Positions 33,410-43,600 of a stretch of DNA of 64,000 nucleotides are shown in pieces; the first letter of the stretch is position 1; the number at the start of each line of letters is the position of its first letter. The stretch comes from Calditrichia bacterium. Its GTDB lineage: Bacteria > Calditrichota > Calditrichia > JAJRVZ01. The notes under the pieces were generated by a model. It saw nothing but the letters and a program-made list of their open reading frames with translations. It was not told the DNA's origin and did no database searches. A program made the translations under genes and the position numbers. The stretch lies in assembly GCA_963796965.1 (NCBI GenBank), contig CAWCNS010000009.1, positions 96,001 through 160,000 of the forward strand, read 5' to 3'.

Positions 33410-36400
33410 TCAATTGGAATTTTGAAAACGATTGCGATATTCACCAGGTGTTGTATTAAACTGATGACGAAAGATTTTTGTGAAATGGGACAAATTCCTG
33501 AATCCAACTTTGTATGCTATTTGGCTAACGATGTCATTATTTTTCTGTAATCACTGCGCCGCACGTTTGAGTCGCATTATAGAAATAAACTTTCGTGCAG
33601 ATTTCCCGGTAAGTACCTTAATTTTCCGGTTCATATTACGATAACTCATGTTGATCTCACCAGCAAGTTGTTCAGCAGTTAGGTTTGTATTCGCCATATG
33701 CTTTTCTAAAATGGTACATACTTTATTTAGAAACTTTTCATCCATTGATCCAACTGTAATTTCTGCAGGATTTACTACAAGTTCTTTTTCAAATTTTAAT
33801 CTTAATTGACGGCGTAACTCAATTAGATTTTTAATTCTGGCTTTCAACTCATCCGCTTCAAAAGGTTTACTAATATAATCATCTGCACCGAACTCCAATC
33901 CTTCGATTTTACTGTCAAGATCAGCTTTTGCTGTCAATAAGATCACAGGGATGTGACTGGTCCTTTGATCAGATTTCAATTTTTTACAAAGTTCGAATCC
34001 GTCCATTTCAGGCATCATCACGTCAGATAAAATCAAATCAGGATGTTTCTTTACAGCATCTCGCCATCCTTCTTTGCCGTTTATGGTGGTTATTATCTGG
34101 TAGTCATGATCAAGGAAACTGCAAATGTAACTTGTGACATCAGGATTGTCTTCGACGATCAGAAGCAATGGAGACGGGAGACCGGAGGCCGCAGACCGGT
34201 CTAAAACTTTAGATTGTTTATTGACATCCGGTATCTGGTATCCGGTATCTTCCCCCGAAATGCTATCATAAAACAGATGCTTTCCCATCTCCGGTCTCCG
34301 GTTTTCTGTTTCCAATTCTTTGATGATTTCATTTTCCTTATAATACACTTTGCTGATAGGTAATATGACTCTGAAAGTTGTGGTTTTATTTGGAATGCTT
34401 AAAACGGAAATTTCACCCCGGCACAATTCCACCAACTCTTTGGTTAAGGCCAACCCGATTCCGCTGCCTTCGCCATCTTTTTTGTAGATGGTGCTTGACT
34501 GGTAAAACCGGTCGAAAATTTTGCTTAACTCTTCTTGTGGGATACCTGGACCGGTGTTGACTACCTTGATTTCTACAAAATCGTCATCCGGGAATGCTTC
34601 ACCCATGCGAATATGGATATCTATTTCACCATTTTCCAGGGTAAATTTAAAGGCGTTGGATAAAAGATTGGTGATTATTTTTTCCATTTTATCTTGATCG
34701 ACATAACCAGTATGGGATTTATTATTGGCATTAAAATTAAGTGTGATATTTTTACGCTCAGCCAGAGAGGTAAAGGAAAATACCAATCCTTTTACAACAC
34801 TAATGACATCTGTTTGAGCAACCTTTAATTTCATCTGCCCGGATTCTAGTTTTGACAAATCGAGGATTTGATTAATTAATCCAAGTAAACGATCACTGTA
34901 GCGAAGAATTATTTCATATTGTTCTTTTACATTTCCCAAAAAGTTACCGTGTAACATCTGTTTTATTGGACCTTTGATCAAGGTCAGTGGTGTACGAAAT
35001 TCATGAGAAATATTGGCAAAAAATCGGGACTTCATTTGGTCAACTTCTTCCAACTTTTTTGCATGAATCTGTTCCAGTTCCAATTCATTTTTTAGACGCT
35101 GACGCTTTTGATCGTAAGTCCGAAGAGCATAAAGTATCAGGACAATCAGAAAAATATAAAAAGAGTATGCCCATGAAGTTTTCCACCAGGGGGGCGTTAT
35201 GATTATTTTGAGTGTAGCACCTTCATCATTCCAGATTCCATTATTGTTCGTTCCCTTAACTCTGAATAAATATTCGCCGGGATCGAGATTGGTATAGGTG
35301 GCAAATCGTCTGGTATAATCTGTATAATTCCATGCGTTTTCAAATCCTCCCATCATATAGGCATAACGATTATTTTCTGGACTGCGATAGTCCAAAGCAG
35401 CAAATTCAAAGGAAAAAATATTTTCTTTATAAGATAGTTTGATTTCCTTCAGTTTCGAGATATGTTTTGCTAATGTATATTCTCTCTGATGTCCTTCATC
35501 AATTCTTCTCTTTATTTCAACTTTTTCATTAAAGATTCGAAACTCTGTGATGACAATCTTTGGGACATGAGGATTATCAATCATCCTGTCCGGATTGAAA
35601 GAAACCATGCCTTTACTAGTACCAAAGAACAGTTCACCGTCATTACCTTTAAAACACCTACCGGGCCAGACTGGATTACCTGGTAAACCATCACCGATAT
35701 CATAGTTTCTGAATGTGTTGTTTTTAGGATTGAATTTTGAAATTCCACCATTTGTACTTAACCATATATTACCTCGACTATCTTCTAATATTCCGAGAAT
35801 CATATTATTTGGTAGCCCATCATCTACTGTAAAGTGTCTAAAAGTTTCGGATGCATAATCGAGTTTGTTTAAACCGCCCTCAGTCCCAATCCACAATACA
35901 TCCTCTTCATGATTTTGGGATTTATAGATCGTCATGACTTTATTATTACTGAGACTGTTCGGATTTTGAGGATCATGCTGGTAAGTAAAAAATTCTTCTG
36001 TTTCTCTATTGAGTTTTTTTAGCCCCTGAATAGTGGCCACCCATAATGAACCGGATTTATCTTCCAATACCTGTGTTGTTTCTATAGCGTTACCAACCCT
36101 GGTAAACATTTCTGTTTCACGATCGAATTTATAGAGACCACCTATTTTGGTTGAAATCCACAACACCTCGTTTTTATCTTCATAAATGGATAAAATAATA
36201 TTGGTCGGATTTTTTCGATCAAAATATTGGGTAAATTGTTCTGTTTTATGATCAAATTTTATGAGGCCATCCCCGAATGTCCCAATCCACAGCGATCCGA
36301 ACCGATCTTCAAATAAAGAGATTACCAAGATACCTGGAATACTTTTGGCGTCATATGGATCATGTACATAACGGGTATATTTTCCTGATTCCCGGTCTAA

Positions 36401-37588
36401 TTTATTAAGTCCGGATTTGGTAGAGATCCAGAGTAAATTTTTTCCTCCATAAGCAGATCCCAGGATTGACGCTACAATACCGCTGGTTAAACTATTTGGA
36501 TTTCCTGGTATATTCTTATATACTGAAAAATTTGTTTTTGCCGGATCAATTTTGTTAACACCTCCTCTGGTTCCCAACCATATTACGCCTGATCCGTCTT
36601 CATAGATATATCTAACACTGTTATCGCTCAAACTTTCTGGATCACCCGGAACATTTAAATAGCGAGTGAAATGTTCCGTCTGCCGGTCAAATATATTAAG
36701 GCCCATGTCAGGTGTGCCGATCCACAGAGATCCTCCACTGTCTTCATAAATCGAGAAAATCCAATTACTACTGAGACTTCGAGAATTACCTGGTTCAGGT
36801 TGATAATGAAAAAATATGTTGTTTTTCCGGTTGAATTTATTAAGTCCCCCATTACCTGTTCCTATCCATAACATTCCAGCCCGGTCAATGAAAAGTGACA
36901 ACACTCGACTATCGCTTAAACTATATGGATTATCAGGATCGTGCAGGTAATGGGTATATTGCTCCGTCCGGGGATCAAATTTATGAAGACCGCCTTCTAC
37001 AGTTCCGAACCAGACTATTCCGGAGGAATCCACCACCATTGACCAAATGTCAGTATTAGGGTATTTTTTGTTTGTATGAGGATAGTATATAAATTTTTGT
37101 AAGGCGATGTCCATTTTACAAAGTCCTCTTTTGGTCCCGATCCAGAGGACATCTTTGTCTTCATATCTGAATCCACATACTTTTCTCAAATCATTACTAA
37201 TTATACTGAATGGATTAGTCTGGTCATATTTAAAACGAGAAAAGGTTTCAGTTTCTCTATTAAATTTATTTAATCCCCCAGCGATGGTTCCCATCCATAA
37301 CGTACCTGAATGGTCTTCGAAAATGGACTCAATATGATTGCTCCCAATACTTGTATAATCATCGGGATCATGCCTGTAGGTTGTAAATTGGTAGCCGTCA
37401 TATAGATTTAAACCATCCTCTGTACCAAACCATATAAATCCATGATTATCCTGTAAGATACACGTCACAGTTTCATAGGAAAGTCCTTGTTCAACAGAGA
37501 TATGCTCAAATTTGATATTGTCATATTGGGCGGTTAATGAAACCGAATAGAGAAGAAGTAGAAAAATTATTATACAAAATTTGGCCAA
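33410..37588 (-). CDS. Hybrid two-component sensor/regulator (propeller, Y_Y_Y, HisKA, HATPase, REC, AraC) with in-frame TGA at 33551-33553
   Basis: [22 protein letters not shown] and DVMMP motifs; after the TGA the same frame continues LQKNNDIVSQIAYKVGFRNLSHFTKIFRHQFNTTPGEYR. Confidence 0.9.
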
Positions 37589-37730
37589 TAAATTAAATCC
37601 TTGTTTTGTTCACATAGTGAATCAAAAAATTTCAAGCCAAAAAGATGCAAATGAGAAATATACAGGATAATAATAATAATATAAGTAACCGACAAGGTTT
37701 AATATAGATATAGAGTAATTTTATACAAAT

Positions 37731-37848
37731 AAAAAACCTCCCAATTGGGAGGTTGAATAAATGCGGTCCGGACTCCGAATCGTTCGCCCTGCTCACTCTA
37801 CGGGGCAGGCGAGACTTCCCGCCTCTCGGCGGGACAACTCCTGCGTGA
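37731..37848 (-). repeat. Class A tRNA-Asp 3'-half copy with T-arm hairpin and CAGGC insert, followed by a terminator
   Basis: Minus: tcacgcaggagttg[tcccgccgagaggcggga]agtctcg[cctgccccgtag..cggag]tccggaccgc..aacctcccaattgggaggtttttt. Confidence 0.9.
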
Positions 37849-37849
37849 T

Positions 37850-38092
37850 TTATTTTTTTATTAATGATTCAATGTAGATTCTACTTCTACGACTTTTTAT
37901 CTCTCGCTCCCGCTTTAAGGCATCTGATTTATTATCAAAATCTTCTGTGTATACAATTTTCCAGGGAATTCCGCGTTTCGTGTATCTTCCCCAACCGGCA
38001 TTATGTCTTTTAAGCCTCCATTGGAGATCATCTGTAATACCGGTGTAATAGCGATCAATTTTATCTGAATAAATTATGTAAACTTTCCACAT
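37850..38092 (-). CDS. GIY-YIG nuclease family protein (80 aa)
   Basis: MWKVYIIYS..YYTG..RLKRHN..ALKREREIK. Confidence 0.9.
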   Translation of the reverse strand: MWKVYIIYSDKIDRYYTGITDDLQWRLKRHNAGWGRYTKRGIPWKIVYTEDFDNKSDALKREREIKSRRSRIYIESLIKK

Positions 38093-38105
38093 AACATCCC
38101 ACAAA

Positions 38106-38192
38106 TAAAAAAGGGCTTTGAGAAAATTCCCAAAGCCCTAGAGCGGTCCGGACGAGACTTCCCGCCTCTGGGCGGGACAACTCCTGCGTGAC
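38106..38192 (-). repeat. Class A tRNA-Asp 3'-half copy plus terminator-like hairpin
   Basis: Minus: gtcacgcaggagttg[tcccgcccagaggcggga]agtctcgtccggaccgc tc tagggctttgggaattttctcaaagccctttttt. Confidence 0.9.
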
Positions 38193-38435
38193 TCATTTTC
38201 TTATTATAGATTCAATATACGATTTACTTTTACGGTTTTTGATCTCTCGTTCCCGCTTTAATGCATCTGATTTATTATCAAAATCTTCTGTGTATACAAT
38301 TTTCCAGGGAATACCGCGTTTCGTGAATCGGCCCCAGCCTTGGTTATGCCTCTCTAATCTCCAGGGTAAATCCTCTGTTACGCCTGTATAATACCGATCA
38401 ATTTTCTCTGAGTATATGATGTAAACTTTCCACAT
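38193..38435 (-). CDS. GIY-YIG nuclease family protein (80 aa)
   Basis: MWKVYIIYSEKIDRYYTG..RLERHN..ALKREREIK; tandem paralog of 37850. Confidence 0.9.
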   Translation of the reverse strand: MWKVYIIYSEKIDRYYTGVTEDLPWRLERHNQGWGRFTKRGIPWKIVYTEDFDNKSDALKREREIKNRKSKSYIESIIRK

Positions 38436-38449
38436 AACATTCCACGTAT

Positions 38450-38530
38450 AAAAAAAGGCCCTGAGGATTTTCCCAAGGCCTAAACGGTCGGATGAGACTT
38501 CCCGATTGAAAATCGGGACAACTTCCTGCA
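38450..38530 (-). repeat. Class A tRNA-Asp 3' fragment plus terminator-like hairpin, just downstream of the tRNA
   Basis: Minus: tgcaggaagttg[tcccgattttcaatcggga]agtctcatccgaccg tttaggccttgggaaaatcctcagggccttttttt. Confidence 0.85.
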
Positions 38531-38538
38531 TCCTTTCG

Positions 38539-38614
38539 CGGTCCGGACGAGACTCGAACTCGCAACTTCCTGCGTGACAGGCAGGTGCTCTAAACGAAAT
38601 TGAACTACCGGACC
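38539..38614 (-). tRNA. tRNA-Asp (GTC), atypical D-loop, CCA not encoded
   Basis: GGTCCGG TA GTTC AATTTCGTTTA GAGC A CCTGC CTGTCAC GCAGG AAGTT GCGAG TTCGAGT CTCGT CCGGACC G folds as a cloverleaf. Confidence 0.85.
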
Positions 38615-38638
38615 AAATTTTAAAAGATCTATGTTTAC

Positions 38639-38756
38639 CTGTCTGGACCCCGAATCCATCGCTTTGCTCACTCTACGGGGCAAGCGAGACTTCGATCAAA
38701 GATCGGGACAACTTCTGCGTGAAGGCAGGTGCTTACCCAAAGTGAACTACCGGACC
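38639..38756 (-). pseudogene. tRNA-Asp-like copy with hairpin replacing the T-arm and a CAGGC-type insert before the acceptor 3' strand
   Basis: ggtccggtagttc..gcacctgccttcacgcagaagttg[tcccgatctttgatcga]agtctcg[cttgccccgtag..cgggg]tccagacag; 142-bp period with the adjacent copy. Confidence 0.8.
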
Positions 38757-38780
38757 AAATTTTAAAAGATCTATGTTTAC

Positions 38781-38914
38781 CTGTCTGGACCCCGAATCCA
38801 TCGCTTTGCTCACCCTACGGGGCAGGCGAGACTTTCCGATTAAAAATCGGGACAACTTCCTGCGTGACAGGCAGGTGCTCTTACTTCCGCCTATTGGCGG
38901 AAAACTACCGGACC
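38781..38914 (-). pseudogene. tRNA-Asp-like copy with three hairpin insertions or replacements (D-loop, T-arm, T/acceptor junction)
   Basis: ggtccggtagtt[ttccgccaataggcggaa]gtaagagcacctgcctgtcacgcaggaagttg[tcccgatttttaatcggaa]agtctcg[cctgccccgtag..cgggg]tccagacag; anticodon arm intact. Confidence 0.85.
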
Positions 38915-38932
38915 ATAATAAAATAGTTTTGT

Positions 38933-38961
38933 AATTTAACAATGCTTTGTCTCAGTGTCAA
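38933..38961 (-). promoter_or_regulatory. Sigma70-type promoter for the tRNA-Asp array
   Basis: TTGACA (38961-38956), 17-bp spacer, TAAATT (38938-38933), 18 nt upstream of the first tRNA-like copy. Confidence 0.75.
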
Positions 38962-39248
38962 GAGTACCCCAATAGAATAATAATTTAGAAAGAAGGTCTC
39001 TTGTTACATTAAAAATCTATACACAAATTTATATATATATCAGGTTTATTTTTCAAATACTATTTTTCATAAACAAATTTATTGTTTTCTCATTAATTAT
39101 TTATTATTATACGCTTACAATTTCCCTCCTCACGAAATAAATAGTCCTTTAACCGGGGGACTCCAGTTCATAAAAGACTCATACATAGCCTTGGTAAAAC
39201 TTACCCAGGGATAATTACCCTTGTTGTAAACTAACGGAGGTATTAATC

Positions 39249-39843
39249 ATGGATAATGCAATTAAACCCGACCTTAAATTCTACAGGAAGTGTACATGGA
39301 TACTATTAACTATCTCTGCTGTTAGTTATTGTTGCGGCGATAATTCATCTTATTATCAGTTTATCAAGCGGAAATACAGAAGCCATCTTAATCATCTGGA
39401 TAATATTTGCTGGTCTCGTACTCCTTATGTGGATCATTTCTTTTCCCCTTATGCGATTATGGATAAAAAACCTCTCTTATCTCATCCTTGACGACCGCGT
39501 GACCATACATAAGGGTATTTTAACAAAAACCCAAAAGAACATTCCCTTCCGAGCGATTACGGATTTTGCCCTTGAACGGACTATTTATGACCGGATTCTG
39601 GGTATTGGCGCCATTAAAATACAAACAGCGGGTCAATCCGTATCTCCATCCGGTTATGAGGGAAAATTATCCGGATTAATCGAGTATGAATCCTTACATG
39701 TTGATCTGCGGGAAAAAATCAAACATTTGCATCCCCTTATCTGAAACTCTGACAACAAAAGAATCCGAAACTATATTAATGAAAATACTTTATCTCAAAT
39801 TCTTTCAGAACTTAAGGAGATTCGAAAAAATCTTGAGAAGTAA
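39249..39843 (+). CDS. bPH_2 (bacterial PH domain) membrane protein, frameshifted
   Basis: IHKGILTKTQKNIPFRAITDFALER..DRILGIG.IKIQTAG; split over ORFs 39249 and 39427. Confidence 0.7.
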
Positions 39844-39932
39844 CAGTTAGCCTGCTTTGGGTACCTCGTCCACCTCCCTGGTGAATGCAAATGATCGGTC
39901 AAAACTGTCCAAAATGTAATAAAGGAAAAAAC

Positions 39933-40200
39933 ATGGCGAAAGCAGATCTATCTACATTAAATATAGATCAGTTAAAAAAAAAGAAAAAAGTTTGCTTCTT
40001 TCTTACTCGGGATATTAATCGGTTTAGAAATTGTGTTTATAGCGCTATTAGTTTATTCTATTTTTTCAGGAAAATCATCGGAGGGCAAACAGTCTTTATA
40101 TGTGTTTATTCCGGCTCTTATTGCTGCAGCCATAACGATGTTTATCGGTATAAAAAAGATAAATAAAGAATTAGCAAAGCGTGAATCCTCCCCTGCATAG
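39933..40200 (+). CDS. Small hypothetical membrane protein, frameshifted
   Basis: MAKADLSTLNIDQLKKK.. after AGGA; hydrophobic segments in a shifted frame ending KKINKELAKRESSPA*. Confidence 0.45.
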
Positions 40201-40602
40201 TCTTTTAAAAGTCAATCGATCGAACAAAATAAATCTACCCACCCATAGATATAAAGAAATGAAATATTTCACCTATCATAAACATTATACTTTGAGATCG
40301 ACCTTATCAATCTTTATATTCAGGTTATATATCTGAAACCGGATAAGATAAGCGAATAAGCGCTTCAGACGCTTATTTTATAATACTACTCCTATTTCTC
40401 ACACGCCTATTGCAATTGACAGAGACATCATGCACGAGTAAAACTACTCGAAATTAGAATGTCTAAATTAAAGGGACGCAAGTAAGCCCTTTTCACTATA
40501 AAATCTTTCCTAGTAGCGACTGGTACATTCATTCTATATAGAAGCCTCAAAATAATATTTTAACTGAGAATTGAAGATTGATCTGCCTTGACAAATACTA
40601 TC

Positions 40603-43600
40603 ATGTAAATACCAAAAATGTGGTATTTACTAACATAATTAGGTTGTTTCCTGTGCCTTGATGGTTCTTTGTATTTTCCAGGACCTCCTCTTTATCCACA
40701 AGTAACTGAACCAAAGTTTGATACATATCCAATTAACGTCCCCAGATGCATCATTCAGGATTCATTTGGATTTATATGGATCGGTACCTTTGATGGACTA
40801 ATCCGCTATGATGGATATACGTTTAAACAGTATACGCATATTCCTTTCGATTCGACCTCTCTCTCAAATAATTGGGTGATGGATATAAAAGAAGACCAAG
40901 GGGGAATTTATGGATCGGAACTTTTGGTGGCGGATTGAACTATTTTAATCAGCGGACTGAAACTTTTTCTCTTTTAACACCATAATTTTAATTATGTGAG
41001 TAACTTTATAACTAAAATAATTGTCAATGAAGATGGTTCCCTATGGATGGGTGGCATCGGTCGGGTTTAACCCTGTTAAAAAAGAATCCGGATGGTTCAT
41101 TTCACTTTACGAACTTTGCATTTGGTGATAAATCAAAAACCGACTTATTTGGAATATTAAATTCCGCCTTAACCCTTCATAAAGATACAGATGGTATAAT
41201 CTGGATTGGTTCTACAACTGAAGGCTTAATCCGTTTCAATCCCCAAGCGGCGGAAATGAAATTTTATACACACGATCCGAAGAATCCCAAAAGTATTAGT
41301 TCAAATACTATCAGCGTGATATCTGAGGACAACTTTGGGAACTTATGGTTAGGTACAGGACATCCTAATATACCTCCCGGGGTTGGACAGGGATTGAATA
41401 AGTTTAACCGCAAAACCGGAGAATTTATACATTTCAAACATGATCCATCACAAAAAAACAGCATTTGCTCAAACACCATCAGTTCCCTGCTCATAGACTA
41501 TTCCGGAACTATGTGGATTGGGAGCATCGACAATTATCTTAATTCTATTTCTCTCAACGATCTTTTATCAAAAGATCGCCCTGAATTTAAGCACTATATA
41601 AACCTTTCCCGCAATATGGTTACTTCTCTCTATGAAGATCAGCTTGACAATATCTGGATTGGTGTATTCGGAATGGAGTTATATAAAATTGACCGCCAGA
41701 GAAAATCCTTTGCCCTGCATAACAGATCCGATAACTATCCGGAATCTCTAACCCATTCAGACGTGATCAGCCTTTATGTGGATAAATCAGGTAGGGTATG
41801 GTTCGGTACCAGGGGATTGGATATTTATAATCCAAGCACTCAAAAATATTCTCATTATTACGCTACTCCTGGTGATAGCAGTGGTTTAAGTGACAACTGG
41901 ATTACCGGTATTCAGGAGGATGAAAAGGGACATTTCTGGATAACCACTAGCAATGGAGGGATCAATATTTTTAATCCGGATAGAGGCACATTTAAACATA
42001 TTATCCAACAATAAACGATTCCACCGCATTAATTTCCAATTCAATAAAGTACTTATTAAAGAGTCAAAATGGTGATTTCTGGATCGGTACAGCTAATGCC
42101 GGCATTCAGTTATACCAGAACAAAACAGGCAACTTTATTCATTTTGATCTGGATCCCGATACCGATGAAGATTTGCCTATATATACCATGTGTGAAGATA
42201 ACCAGGAATACCCTTTGGGTCGGTACAATGAATGCCGGAATGTATGGAATGTCATTTCATGGATTGGGGAATGCTAAAGTTGTCAATTACAAATATAATC
42301 CCGAAGACAAGCAAAGTTTAAGCTGTAATTCGGTTGCAGATATAATCCAGCCTCAGGTTGTTGATACAAATGCCCTTTGGATTGGTACGGATGCCGGGCT
42401 TAATCGCTTTGACCTAAAAAAAAAGACGTTCTCACATTATTTCAGATCTGATGGATTGTCTTCCGATCACATATTGAGGATTTTAGAGGATGATCATGGG
42501 AATATCTGGTGTGCAACGACTAATGGTATTTCCGTTTATGACATCCGCTCAGGAAAAATCAAAAGCTATGGCAAAGGTGATGGGATGCCATTTACCGATT
42601 TCAGTAACCTGGGTCCCAATGCCATAAAGGGTCCGGATGGCCAATTATTTTTTTCCGGTGTTTCCGGTGCTCTCAGTTTCTACCCTGATCAACTTGCGGA
42701 CAATCCAAACATCCCACCTATCCAAATAACCGATTTCAAGTTCTTCCATGAAAGTACCCGCCTAGATACTTCCATTCAGTTCAAGAAAACAATTACTCTA
42801 ACAGGCTTCTCAAAATTCTTTTACTTTTGAATTTGCCGCACTCAACTTTACCAATCCTGAAAAAAACCAGTATGCTTATAAAATGGAAGGTTTCCATGGT
42901 GACTGGATAAATATCGGCAATAAGCGCACGGCCACTTTCACAAATCTTGATCCGGGCGAATATGTGTTCTGGGTAAAAGGCTCTAACAATCACGGCATCT
43001 GGAATAAGAAGGGAACTAATTCAAGGTAATTATTTTGCCTCCCTGGTGGCGGACGACCTGGGCATATCTTATATATCTTTTTCTTTTGATCTTGCTTATT
43101 ACGCTCTGCGCACTACGATCAAAAACGCCAGCGTCTGAAACACCAATTAGCGCTGGAACATGAGTATACCGAGAATCTGCAGGAAATCGACCACATGAAA
43201 TCACGTTTTTTTGCCAATATTTCTCACGAATTCCGTACACCGTTAACACTTATTCTCGGACCGATTAAAAAATGGTTGCCACAGTTACGAAACCGTGATC
43301 TAAAACAGGATCTACAAATGATGCAGCGCAATGCGAATCGTTTATTCCGGCTGATCAATCAACTACTGGACCTATCCCGTCTGGAATCGGGTGGCATGAC
43401 CCTGCAAATCCGGGAAGAAGATATCGTACAATACTCAGAGGATATGTCCAGTCCTTTGAGTCATTAGCGAGGATAAAAAAAATTAATCTCGATTTTGTCA
43501 GTTGAAAACGAATCAATCAAAGTATATATAGATCGTGATAAGATAGAAAAGATCATGAATAACCTGCTGTCCAATGCCTTTAAATTTACACCGGAGGGAG

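Noticed and set aside
33551..33553. Selenocysteine or alternative genetic code at the TGA
   Set aside because: The position corresponds to Leu in AraC domains, and TGA terminates several other genes in the window.
38539..38914. CRISPR array
   Set aside because: The repeating units are tRNA-Asp derived, 142-158 bp long, with identical rather than unique spacers; no cas genes are visible.
38639..38914. Group I or canonical tRNA introns
   Set aside because: Inserts are only 17-37 nt, lie outside the anticodon loop, and the T-arm one replaces sequence rather than interrupting it.
38480..38942. ORFs 38480..38683, 38729..38926 and 38733..38942
   Set aside because: They are chance translations of tRNA-like repeats.
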